From Octopus sinensis (taxonomy: Eukaryota): a stretch of DNA of 64,000 nt. Where the stretch lies: assembly GCF_006345805.1 (NCBI RefSeq), contig NC_043004.1, forward strand, positions 9,424,001 to 9,488,000. The letters are read 5' to 3'. Made by a program: the position numbers and the translations under genes. The notes beneath the pieces are model-generated. The model was not told the DNA's origin. It worked only from the letters and a program-made list of their open reading frames with translations, and did not search any database. Below, one piece after another: positions 12,736 to 24,132 of this stretch (positions are counted from its first letter, which is position 1; each line of letters begins with the position of its first letter).

Positions 12736-12739
<4 letters not shown>
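12520..12739. repeat. Near-perfect 220-bp palindrome (arms ~108 bp, 3-nt loop) abutting (TA)n
   Basis: agtggttgtttactgtcaa...gacacatttctg-aca-caggaatgtgtc...ttgacagtaaacaaccact. Confidence 0.9.
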
Positions 12740-12805
<66 letters not shown>

Positions 12806-13074
12806 TACAGTGTAATTACTTCATGGTCATACAGTGTTGCTGATTTCGTATGTAGAGTTTTATCCTGCCGCGTATCACAACATCGAAAAGGAACAATATC
12901 GATGTATCAGTAATTTATGAAATATGGAATAATGTCTGATTGAAGCAATACGTTTCAGATTTCTTTAACAGAGAATAATCGGTTTCATCGATTAAATCGA
13001 TTTCAATACGTTTGAGCGATCCCAGCACATTTGACTTTGATATAATTTTCAACATAAAACGTGGAATAAATGTA

Positions 13075-13418
13075 CGCAAGGTATAGCTGAGTGGTGAGAG
13101 GTTTGCTTCTCAACTACATGGTTCCAGGTTCAATCTCACTATATGTCACCTTGGGCAAGTGTCTTCTACTACTCTACTATAACCACGGGCCGACCAAATT
13201 CTTATGAGTGGATCTGGCAGACGGAAACTGAAAGAAACCCGTCGTATATATAGGGAGAGTTTACGAAAAAAACAAAAGACGAAGACAGGTGATGTAGAAA
13301 ACAAACAGATGTATTAGTATAACGCTCAGTAATAGAAAAAGTATTTTGTGTTTCGAGCCTACGCTCTTCTACAGAAAGGGGCACAGAAAGAAACAAGGAG
13401 AGAAAAAAAGGAGAGAAA

Positions 13419-13478
<60 letters not shown>

Positions 13479-13690
13479 GTGTTTGTGTTTGTTCCCCACT
13501 ACAGCTTTACAAACGGTGTTGGTGTGTTTGTGTCCCCGTAAGCTAGCGGTTTAGCAAAACAACTGATATAATAAGTGGCCAGGCTTAAAATGTAAGTACT
13601 GGGGTCGATTCTTTCGACTAGAACTCTTTAGGGTGGTACCCCAGCATGGCCGCATTCTAATGGTTGAAACAAGTTAAAAACTTGAATATA
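13075..13690 (+). mobile_element. CORE-type SINE family 1 interrupted in its TA tract by a pLTR-like insert
   Basis: Head and core 13075-13245, tail 13480-13680; foreign 13252-13422 segment between. Confidence 0.8.
13252..13422 (-). mobile_element. Short Penelope-pLTR-like repeat with decayed hammerhead (13344-13377)
   Basis: Minus strand ttt-CTGTAGA-a-gagc-gtag-gctc-GAAA-caca-aaa; same family at 53790-53955 (+). Confidence 0.6.
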
Positions 13691-14310
13691 AAAGAACTAA
13701 ACAAATATCGCAAGTATCACGCAGTCGAGCGACCTCCCGATTCTGCCAAATCCTGCACCGTTTTGTCATTCGTGAAATAATTTATAAAAAAATAAATCTG
13801 AAATTATGAATGTAAAATGTGTGTGGAGTTAAGATTTCATTGTTTATCCAGGTTGTGTGAGAATTAGAGGAGGTAGGCAGGGTTGTTTATGTATTTTCGT
13901 TCGCCTACTTTTTATCGCTTTCCTTTATTTTCATTGGAGATACGGAAGGGAAAGATTTAATATCATCTGATAGCACCGGCGGCAAAAATTAATCGAGCGA
14001 CAACGATTTATTAGTTGTATATTTATATTTACACAGACAATGTGTGTGTGTGTGTTTTTCATTGTATGAATGTGTGTCTAAAGAAAATATACGTAGATTT
14101 TCGTCGGCGTCGACGATGGTAATTCTTATCGTTCGATCACTTAAACCACGTACAGATCGAATTATATTGTAAGTAGTTGACACAGCACTGGGGTCGATTT
14201 GTTCGATGAAAATTCTGGGAGGCGGCGTCCCAGCATGGCCGCAGTCTAATGTTTGAAACAAGTAAACAGTAAAAAGTAAAAGGTGATAAACATAGATACA
14301 TATTCATACA

Positions 14311-14347
<37 letters not shown>

Positions 14348-14444
14348 ATATATATATATGTGTGTGTGTGTGCGTGTGTGTGTAAATATTTATCCTCACA
14401 TACACCTACTTATCTATCTATCTAAATATATATATATGTATATA

Positions 14445-16250
14445 TTTTTTTTTTTGTTTGTTTCAGCTCAGAGCTGCGGCCATGCTGATGCACCGCCGCC
14501 TTGTGCTACACTGTTATTGCGAAGAACCTCCTCTAATATGTGGCACTTGGTGAAGAATGGAGTTTGATATAGCTACTCTCATTTGCACCTCTTGCCGTGA
14601 GGTAGGTTTATCTGGAACTCTCGACGGGAAGATGTCCAGCTTTGATTTAAAAACTGCTACATCTACTTTGTGCAAGTTTCTCAGACTCTTTGGGAGAATA
14701 TTAAAAAGCTGTGGGCCCTTGAAACCCAGGCTGTTGCAGAAGCTGCTCCTGAAGCGTGATGGCATTGCTGGGATCTTTGGCATTATGCAGTGTCGTCCCG
14801 TTCTGGCATTGGTGTAGCTTTCAATGCCAAAATTTGGCACAATTCCTTCCAGGATCTTCCAGACATATATTACTGCATACCTCTCCCGTCTTCTCTCCAA
14901 GGAGTAGAGTCTTAGCTGTTTCAACCTTTCCCAGTAGCTGAGCTGTTGCAATGGGACGATCTTCTTTGTGAATCTTTTCTGGATTGCTTCAAGGTCCACT
15001 GTTAATCTCACACTGGTGGGTGACCATAGCTGTGAGCAGTAATCTAGGCGGCTGAGGACGAATGACCGCCAGAGGACCATCATGGTTTCCTTATCTTTGG
15101 TTCTGAATGTTCTTAGGATCCATCCAGCCAGTCGTCGGCACTTTGTCGCCATCCTGGTAATGTGCACTTGGAAAGAGGTATCATCACTCATGTCGATAGC
15201 CAAGTCCCGCACTGATTTAAGCTCTGGGATTCTAATTCCCTGTGGGCCAGTGTACCCCGTAAGTTTTACTTTCAGTGTTGGGCTCTGGGATTGAAATTCC
15301 TTGTTGACCGGTGTATCCTGTAAGTTTAATATTCAGTTTTGGATGCTGGTAGCGCAGGGCCTGGAAATTTTCAGCATTAATCTGTATATTATTATCCTCA
15401 GCCCATCTGTAGATTGAGTCCAACTCCTGCTGCAGGTGTGCAACATCGCTGGGGTTCTGTATTTTCTGCGAGACTTTCGTATCGTCTGCATAGCTTGCCA
15501 GAGTGGCTATCTAGGCATTTGAGGGCATATCTGAGAGGGCCACTATAAAGAGCAGTGGTCCCAAGACAGTGCCCTGTGGAACACCACTCACTATTTGTGT
15601 GTTCATAGAGGTGCTGAGGTCATGCAGTTTGTGGCATATCATACCATGATCCACCTTGTCAAAAGCTTTTGCAAAATCAAGGTAGATTACGTCCACATTT
15701 GATTTGTTGAGTAACTGCCTCAACACCCAGTCATAATGTTGTAAGAGCTGGGTCAGGCAGATCCTATCTGGTCGAAAACCATCAAAATATTTTCCTCAAA
15801 GAATGCGATTAGTTTCTTTCTGATTGTCTGTTACATGCCTTTGTTGATGTGTGAAGTCAGAGAGATAGGCCTATAGTTTTTGGCATCTGCTCTACTTCCC
15901 CCTTTATGTATTGGGCATATTATTCCCTCCTTCAGCTTGCTTGGCAGCTTGCCATTTGTAAGAAAGCTTTGGAAGAGAATCTTGAGGGGTTTTGCCAGGG
16001 CATGCTTACACGCTTTGAGGAGGATTGCAGGGAAACCATCTGGACCAGCAGTTGAGTTTGTGTCCACTTCATCTATGGCTAGTAGGACATCTTCGCTAAT
16101 GTCAATACATTCTATTGTAACCGCCTCGCTGGTTATAGGTGAGGCGGCAAAGAAGTCCACTGGTTCGTTCACTTGTCTGTGTTCCAACGGGATGGTAAAG
16201 ACACTTTTGAACTGGTCATTCAGCATCTCAGTGATCTTAGTTGGACTATA
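14445..16250 (-). mobile_element. 5'-truncated CR1-group LINE (subfamily A), RT pseudogene with internal deletions
   Basis: ORFs 15831-16364, 15511-15726, 14514-15212: [57 protein letters not shown]; 3' tail plus A-rich end near 14445. Confidence 0.92.
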
Positions 16251-16594
16251 TATGAATATGTTGGTGTCAAAGATATCGGAATGGTTACCACTCATTACGG
16301 ATGTTAGCGATAAGGAAACAATTGTGCGTAGCGGATGGTAAGGTGAGAAGATAGACGGGATCACCGCAGCAGCGAACGTGTGCCTGTATCGCCTACCGCA
16401 TTACTCTACGACAGTTATGTATTGTTACTCCGGCAAACGTTGTCTGTTGCCTGTATGGACAAGATGAGTATTCTAGGGTTATTTTACTGCAGTGAGTGTA
16501 CCGAAACAACCCCTTGGATGGAATCTATAAAATTCCACCCAAGTATTATTATTACTATTACTTTATATATATATAGATATATATAAATATATAA

Positions 16595-16758
16595 TCACCG
16601 TGATCACCGTGACCGAACAGGCTATCAGATGTTGCTACACATCGCTGGTCACAATGCGCTTCGCCTTGTTTTAGCCTTCAGGTGACGCCACCCGCTGGCT
16701 AAGCGATCAGGGCAACAGAAGAAAAAGGGAGAGAAAGTTGTGGCGAAAGAGTACAGAC
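16595..16758 (-). repeat. SINE-like repeat fragment sharing a module with family 3
   Basis: Reverse complement ctgtactctttcgccacaactttctctc matches 4759-4790 ctgtactttttcaccacaactttctttc. Confidence 0.5.
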
Positions 16759-17451
16759 AGTTTTGTTTAGATTGGAGCAAGTTGAAGTTATATGCAGAAA
16801 TACAATTACTTTGATAGATACCCATTTGAAAATAGTCTTGTTTCATTGGTCCTTTCAACTAACGGCCCTTTCAATAACCGGTGGCATGAAATAAATGCGT
16901 AAAAAATCATATTATAAAAATCGAAGAAAACCTCAAACCAAAAATACTCAGGGTAAATAACTAGTTCTTAAAATAATTATAACTTAATAAATTAAAAGAA
17001 ATATCGGGTTTTTTTTTTCACGCTAAAATACACATACATTTAGGAATACATACATATTTATAATACAATCTATAATATACGTATATATACACACCAAACA
17101 TACAGACGTAGGTACATGGCTCCATACGTATACAGATATATATATAGGCAAAACAAATATATATACAAATGCATATATATGTATATATACGCACGCAAAA
17201 CCTCCTGGTGTATGCTTATACAACTTAGTTCTTACAGGCGAAAGAAAGAAAAGGAAAAAAATAATAGAATAACAAGTTTTGAGGTGGGGGGAGAAAAAGG
17301 GAAAAGAAGAAAATATAAGAAAAGAAACAGAAAATTAGAGAAAAAACAAATAGAGATAGAGTGAAATGATTGGCGTTCGTATAAGAACCTAACGAAAGTT
17401 AGAAACTTCGTTCAGCGTGCGAAAGGCACAGATAAAATTACATGCAGATAA

Positions 17452-18052
17452 AACTTTCCTAGGTCTAGTTCTACGTTGTCTATTATTGTTAGAATTAGCT
17501 TGACTATACTGGATCTTTTCCGAGAATCCACTTTTCCTTAATGCATTATTATAATATGGCACGGCGTTTTGAAATGCTGTCTCATCTGAAGAAATTGATG
17601 ATATTCGCCTTCCCACATTACTAACTAGGTTCTTAAGAATTAGATTCTTTGCTAAAACAACATAGCTTTTCATTGGGCTTACGGTAAGGTTTAAATTTAT
17701 CTGATTGCAAATCTGAGTTGATATCTAAAAAGTCAACGTTATTAAGCTTACTTTCTATCGTAATCCGTAAGCCCGTTCTTTGGAAGAAAGTAATCAGATT
17801 CTTCCTAAATTAATCTGAATTGTGGCCGTTTAAATTAGAGTGACCGACATCTCTGTATAATCCTGCATCTTTAAAAGGGAATTTTAGATGCAGGTTATGC
17901 AAAATATGTTCCTATAAACATACACAACTCCGCCCCATCATAAGCCCCCATCGGTACATCGAAAAGAGAATCCTCACTCTTTTTGACACTGGTAGAATCA
18001 TCGTATTTCCTTGCAAAGGCTTAGATATTGACGGGTAAAAATTGACAATATC
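17452..18052 (-). pseudogene. Penelope-like element reverse transcriptase fragment (YRDD-type lineage), disrupted
   Basis: Minus-strand peptides VNFYPSIS, PMGAYDGAEL, AGLYRD, NVDFLDI, KPYRKPNE, RRISSISSDETAF...YYNNALRKSGF. Confidence 0.8.
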
Positions 18053-18130
18053 ACACGTATGTATGTATGTATGTATGTATGTATGTATGTAGTATGTATG
18101 TATGTATGTATGTATACATGCATGTATGTA

Positions 18131-19396
18131 TCAGGTCATCCCATAAGTTCTGTCCAATTTTACCTTTTTTAAATTGAATGAAATTAATAGTATTTTAAAA
18201 TGTCTAATGGAATTAAAAACTATTTTTATGCATTTATGTACAACTAAACTAATTAAATATTATTTTACAGAATAAAAGTATTAAAATTTCTAAAATGGAA
18301 GTATCCAAAGAGCATTTGAGGCACATAATGCTTTATGAGTACAGAAAAGAAAACTCTGCAGCCGAAGCGACTAGAAACATACATTCAGTTTGTGGGAAAG
18401 AATGCTTGAATAAAAGAACTTGCAGAAGATGGTTTGCAAAATTCAGAAGTGGAGATTTCAGCCTCGAAGATGAAGATCGAACAGAACGTCCAGTTGAGTT
18501 TGATGATAAACTCCTTGAGGAATTACTTGAAGAAAATCCTGCATTATCAGTTGAAGAATTTGCAATAAAGCTTAGTTCAAACCATACAACTGTTCATCGT
18601 CATCTTCAACAACTTGGAAAGATTCCTAAACTTGAAAAATGAGTGCCTCATGAATTGTCCGAAAGCAACTGCAAATCCCTAGTTGACATCTGCTCTTCTC
18701 TCCATTCTCGCGAACTCATTTCACCCTTTTTGAATAGACTTGTGGTTACGAAAAATGGATCTTCTATCAAAATGTTAACCGTCGTAAAAAGTGCCTTGGT
18801 AAAAGGGAAAAACCTCACCCACAACTGAAAAGGGAACTTCATGGAAAAAAGGTTCTTCTCTCTATCTGGTGGGATTGCAAATGAGTAATTCACTTTGAAT
18901 TGTTACCACCTAATGCAACAATCAATGCTCAAGTCTACTGTCAGCAATTAGAGTGTTTGAACCAAGCTTTGAAAAAAGAAAGACCTGCTTTAGTGAATCG
19001 AAAAAGGAGTGATGTTTCATCAGAACAATGTGCGATCCGACACTGCAAAGATCACATCACAGAAGATCGAAGTGCTTGGTTGTGCAAAAATTCCTCATCC
19101 ACCTTATTCTCCCGACCTTGCTCCTTCAGACTATCATTTGTTTCGTAGTTTACAGAATCATTTGCGGGACATAACATTTCACAAGCCAGGAGGAGGTCGA
19201 AACTGACATTTCAGAGTTCTTCGCTTTGAAAGCAAAAGAGTTTTACATTCATGGGATTTAAAAGCTTTTAAATAGATGGAAGGAAGTCATAGATAATCAG
19301 CGAAAGTACATTGATGATTAAATTTCAATTAAATAAAACATTTGATCACTTGTTTCCATTATTCAAAATTCGGGCAGAACTTATGGGATGACCTGA
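18131..19396 (+). mobile_element. Full-length (1266 bp) mariner DNA transposon with TIRs and TA target-site duplication
   Basis: TIRs tcaggtcatcccataagttctg.cc.aattt at 18131 and inverse ending 19396; TA at 18129-18130 and 19397-19398; inserted in (TATG)n. Confidence 0.95.
18295..19321 (+). pseudogene. Mariner transposase pseudogene (stops and frameshifts)
   Basis: HTH region (RRWFAKFRSGDFSLEDEDR), *VPHEL (WVPHEL), EKW, FHQNN, HPPYSPDLAPSDYHLF motifs across shifted frames. Confidence 0.92.
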
Positions 19397-19539
19397 TATG
19401 TATGCGTGTATGTATGTATGTGTGTATGTATGTATGTATGTATGCATGTATGTATGTTTGTATGCATGCATGTATGTATGTATGTATGCATGTATGTATG
19501 TTTGTATGCATGCATGTATGTATGTATGCATGTATGTAG

Positions 19540-19700
19540 GCGTGGCTGGTTGGCAATAAAGTTGTTTCATAACCACATACACCCGTGTTCAATCCCACTG
19601 CGTCACACATTTGGAAGGTATCTTGTATATATGCTCGATTTTACCAAAGCTTTGTGAGTATATTTGGTTGACGGAAATTGGAAAAAAAAACCCGTCGAAT
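19540..19700 (+). mobile_element. 5' fragment of CORE-type SINE family 1
   Basis: gtgttcaatcccactgcgt...ttggttgacggaaa. Confidence 0.6.
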
Positions 19701-19747
19701 ATTATATTACATGTATGTGTGTATATATATACCCCTGTGTGTGAGTG

Positions 19748-19826
19748 GATACAGTTAAGGTTGAGAAAAATTGGGAACAAACACAGACACTGTTTGTTCC
19801 CAATTTTTCTCAACCTTAACTGTATC
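19748..19826. repeat. Perfect inverted repeat, 36-bp arms, 7-nt loop
   Basis: gatacagttaaggttgagaaaaattgggaacaaaca-cagacac-tgtttgttcccaatttttctcaaccttaactgtatc. Confidence 0.95.
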
Positions 19827-20214
19827 AAGGAATTTCCAAAACACTCTGAATATATATGTATATACATACATACACACACATATGCATATATATATAATAT
19901 TATATATATAATATATATAGCCTCATATTTGAAGCGTATATATATATATATATATATAAATAGATAATATATACACTTCAAATATAAGGATAAAATTTTA
20001 AAAAGAAAGAAATTATCAGTGCCAGCATATTAAAAGGTACCTTAAAGGTGAAGTTATAAATACAATTATAAACAAGGGTAAAAAATAATTTCTTTACCAA
20101 TATACTGCAATAGATGCTAAATCATCTAACGGCATTAAAATATTTTGACTATTATTATTTACACGTGTCGAAAGCGAAGAAGCGAGCCAACAGAATTCAT
20201 GAAAATTTAAATAT

Positions 20215-20272
20215 CTCCGTATCAGCCCGATTTCTGGATTATTCTAAAAGGATTTTTCCTTCATCAGCGAGG
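20215..20272 (-). ncRNA. Type I hammerhead ribozyme motif
   Basis: Minus strand tcg-CTGATGA-a-gga...tcc-a-GAAA-tc-gggct-ga-TA-cgg; short stems, intact core. Confidence 0.55.
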
Positions 20273-20298
20273 AAAACTTCAGATGAAAGTAAGTGTAT

Positions 20299-20353
<55 letters not shown>

Positions 20354-20431
20354 AATTGCCAGCGTGGAAGGTGTTATAAGCCATTTAAGAGACACAAAAA
20401 CCGTTAGATTCACTTCAACATTTAAATTTAA

Positions 20432-20482
20432 TTTGTCAAAATATTTTCATCGCTTTGAGACTGTGACCTATTCACTGACAAA
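20432..20482 (-). ncRNA. Hammerhead-like motif with G3/U8 core variant
   Basis: Minus strand tttgtca-GTGAATA-g-gtcac..gcgat-GAAA-ATAT-TT-tgacaaa; perfect 7-bp stem I, palindromic AATATT stem III. Confidence 0.5.
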
Positions 20483-20620
20483 ATTCCGTACGAAACACAT
20501 CTACGCTGCAATTGTTTTCGTTCCAGCACACGATCTCAGATCAGGTCACTTGCTATGTAAGTAATCTCCGTAATATATATATATATATAATATATATATA
20601 TATATAATATATATATATAT

Positions 20621-21595
20621 TTTAGTTTCACATCGAGCTGTGACCATGCGGGCACCGCCATTTTGCTACTCTGTTGTTGAGAGCCTCCTCCTCTGATATG
20701 TAGCATTTGGTGAATAAGGGAGTTTGATGTGATGTCGCTACCCTCAATTGCATCTCCTACCGCAGGGTAGGTTAATCTGGGACTCTTGAGAGGAAGAGAT
20801 CCAATTTTAACTTGAAAGCACCTACGTCCACCTTATGGCGGGCCCACAGGCTCTTAGGGAAAAAATATTAAAAAGCTGCAGGCCCCTGAAACCCACGTTG
20901 TTGCAGTAACTGGTCGTGAAGCGCGATGGCATTGCTGGGATCCGTTCTGGCATTTGTGTAGATATCAATGTCAAAATTTGGCACAATCACTTCTAGGAAC
21001 CACCAGATATATATAACTGCATATCTCTCCTGCCTTCGTTCCAGGGAGTAAAGTCTTAGCTGTTTCAGCATATCCCAGTAGCTGAGCTGTTGCACTGAGA
21101 CGATTTTCTTTGTGAAGCTTCGCTGGATTGCTTCAAGATCCGCTGTTAATTTTATACTGTGGGGTGACCATAGCTAGGAGTAGTAGTCCAGGCGGTTGAG
21201 GTTGAATATCCTCCAGAGGACCATCAAGGTTTCCTTCTCTCTGGTTCTGAACGTTCTCAGGATCCATCCATCCAGCCGTCGGCACTTTGTCGCCATCTTG
21301 GTAATGTGCACTTGGAAAGGGGTATCATCATTCATGTCGATAGCCAAGTCCCGCACTGATTTAAGCTCTGGGATTCTAATTCCCTGTGGGCCAGTGTACC
21401 CCGTAAGTTTTACTTTCAGTGTTGGGCGCTCGTAGCGCAGGGATTGGGATTTTCCAGCATTAAATTGCATATCATTATCCTCAGCCCATCTATAAATTGA
21501 GTCCAACTCCTGCTGCAGGTGTGCAACAACCCAGGGATTCTGTATTTTCTGCGAGACTTTCGTATCGTCTGCGTAGCTTGCAAGGGTGGCTAGCC
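20621..21595 (-). mobile_element. 5'-truncated CR1-group LINE, decayed RT
   Basis: ORF 21174-21665 LASYADDTKV...MQFNAGK...VRDLAI; 20868-21095 LYSLERRQERY; 3' tail near 20625-20660. Confidence 0.9.
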
Positions 21596-21749
21596 AGACT
21601 TGTTTCATATCAGGCATTTTATTGCTTCTCCCGTTCTCTTCTTTCTCTGCCTGCCTGTCTTTCACTGCTTGTTTGTGACTGCTTTTTCCCTCTGTCTGTC
21701 AGTCTGTCACTCAAACAACATGTGTGCAAGCATTCAGTTACATTTCTAA

Positions 21750-22280
21750 CCTCTCTCTCCCTACCTCTCCCTTACTCTCTCTCTCTCTACATCTCCCTTA
21801 CTCTCTTTCTCTCTACCTCGCCCTTCGTCTCTCTCTCTACCTCTCCCTCCGTCTCTCTCTCTACCTCTCCCTTCCTCTCTCTCTCTCTAACTCTCCCTTC
21901 CTCTCCCTTACTCTCTCTCTCTACTTCTCCTTTCCTCTCTCTCTACCCCTTCGTCACTCTCTCTACCTCTCCCTTCTTCTCCCTCTCTACCTCTCCCTTC
22001 CTCTCTCAACTTCTCTCTACCTCTCCCCTCTTCTCTCTCTCTCTAACTCTCCCTTCCTCTCTCTCTCTAACTCTCCTTCCTCTCTCTCTACCTCTCCCAT
22101 CCTCTCTCTCTCTACCTCTCCCTTCCTCTCTCTCTCCCTACCTCTCCCTTCCTCACCATCTCCCTACCTCTCCCAACCTCTCCCCCTCTCTCTACCTCTC
22201 CCTTCTCTCTCTCTCTCTCCCTTCCTTTCTCCCTCTACCTCTCCCTCTCACTCTACCTCTCCCTTCCTCTCTCCCGCTCA
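21750..22280. repeat. Polypyrimidine minisatellite (CTCTCTACCTCTCCCTTC-like units)
   Basis: ~530 bp almost purely C/T on the plus strand. Confidence 0.9.
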
Positions 22281-22717
22281 CTCTGAATGTGTACATATTT
22301 ATGCGTGCGCACTCGCACACTTCGTCTCCAGAACCAAAACGTACAATCGCCAAAACAAGCCATTTAACCGTGCCAAATACTCGCCGTCCGAACAACCATA
22401 TCGAATCGTTTCATTTCGCCTTTCGAGGCAGTGAATTCATGCTACATGTTACTGGGTTTTACACGCATGCGAGTGACGACTAAAGCTACATGTGTGTGCG
22501 TTGATATTGGCGTAATTCACACCTATAACACGCCCTCTTATATCTATTCACATGGATACATTCATAGATATATACATCCCTATGAACACTCACAGCATGA
22601 GGTAGTTTTATTATCATTATAACCGACGAATAAGAGATAGACTTCAAAATTGAAACATGTATAATGATGGATGCTTTTAATCCAACACAAGAATAAACTA
22701 CATATATATATATATAT

Positions 22718-22790
<73 letters not shown>

Positions 22791-22952
22791 CGTATTTTTT
22801 GCCATTTCAATATGGCTAACCCCTAAGGTGGATGCTACTGTAGTTTTTAGCCCCAGGAGGACACACTCCTCCAGCTGGCCATAGACACACCTTTCTGTGT
22901 CCTGTCAGTATTTGCAAAGGGAAGTCATCCTTCCCGTCTTCAACTTATGATA

Positions 22953-22997
22953 CACACGGACTCGAGTTTCGAGGTATTGACCTCTCGTCAGCGTGTG
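22953..22997 (-). ncRNA. Canonical type I hammerhead ribozyme (inverted copy)
   Basis: Exact reverse complement of 23225-23269. Confidence 0.9.
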
Positions 22998-23224
22998 ACA
23001 ATCATAGTTGTCGCGAGAATTAGATTTCCTTCACAAATACTTATACTTAGGGTTAGCCATATTGAAATGGCAAAAATACGTCACGATGTGTGACCGCTAC
23101 TGTATATAACTCACTTTGATATTTATCATTGTTTGATTTCACTTTTTCAACTAGCGACATGGGCGCTGGAAAAAGTATAAGTATTTGTGAAGGAAATCTA
23201 ATTCTCGGCGACAACTATGATTGT

Positions 23225-23269
23225 CACACGCTGACGAGAGGTCAATACCTCGAAACTCGAGTCCGTGTG
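23225..23269 (+). ncRNA. Canonical type I hammerhead ribozyme
   Basis: cacacg-CTGACGA-gaggt-caat-acctc-GAAA-c-tcga-g-TC-cgtgtg: 6-bp stem I, 5-bp stem II, palindromic stem III ACTCGAGT, predicted cleavage after C23263. Confidence 0.92.
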
Positions 23270-23650
23270 TATCATAAGTTGAAGACGGGAAGGATGACTT
23301 CCCTTTGCAAATACTGACAGGACACAGAAAGTGTGTCTATGGCCAGCTGGAGGAGTGTGTCCTCTGGGGCTTAAAACTACAGTAGCACCACCCTTAGGGG
23401 TTAGCCATATTGAAATGGCAAAAATACGTCACGATGTGTTACGCTACTGTATATAACTCACTTTGATATTTATCATTTATATATATAGATAATATTACAT
23501 ATATATATATAATATATTATATATATATCACAATCAAGGAACGGCCATAATAGGCCATTCACCCACTAGAAATAACAGCCAAAAAGCTTCAACCGCAAAA
23601 TAACATTAATTCCGTAAATCAGGAGAAAATTAAAAAACATTTACCCTGAA

Positions 23651-23756
23651 ATTCTTAGACGATGCACCGTTTCTTCTACTGTTTAATGGTAAATTAACCT
23701 GATTAAATTAAATCAAGCCAATCTACCATAGGCCCTTAGATTCATCAGTAAGGAAT
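23651..23756 (-). ncRNA. Type I hammerhead with extended stem II (array copy, minus)
   Basis: Reverse complement of the 24863-24970 motif; tcatcag at 23742-23748. Confidence 0.75.
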
Positions 23757-24132
23757 AGCCAAATCGGAACAGATATTTTTCACGAGGCATTCTCGTCCAT
23801 GCCTCGCCAATATCTGACCTAAAATTTTCAAATCGTCGCACTCGCGCCAATTTATCGGCAGCAAATAATATAAGCCGCCGATTCCATTACGGAACCAACC
23901 AGAAAATTCATAATTAATCAATATAGGGAGGCAAAAAATTTGTAGAATTCTTTTGCCCCCAGCGCCTAGTGGGAAAAATTAAATAGTCATAAACCATTTT
24001 TAAGTTCAATATCACAATCAAGGAACGGCCATAATAGGCCATTCACCCACTAGAAATAACAGCCAAAAGCTTCAACCGCAAAATAACATTAATTCCGTAA
24101 ATCAGGAGAAAATTAAAAAACATTACCCTGAA

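Larger units (their letters stand above)
22787..23477. mobile_element. Hammerhead-bearing non-autonomous retroelement (retrozyme/Penelope pLTR-like): inverted copy plus 1.2 tandem units of ~348 bp
   Basis: 22787-23048 is the reverse complement of 23173-23432; 23046-23130 recurs at 23393-23477; (TA)n on both sides; two intact hammerheads. Confidence 0.85.

Noticed and set aside
12975-13012. Minus-strand atcga-tttaa-tcgat-GAAACCG hammerhead-like half
   Set aside because: The core is truncated and there is no stem I or valid triplet, so it is too degenerate to call.
21497-22483. 328-aa Ser/Leu/Pro-rich ORF
   Set aside because: It is open only because the polypyrimidine minisatellite lacks stop codons, and it begins antisense to a LINE.
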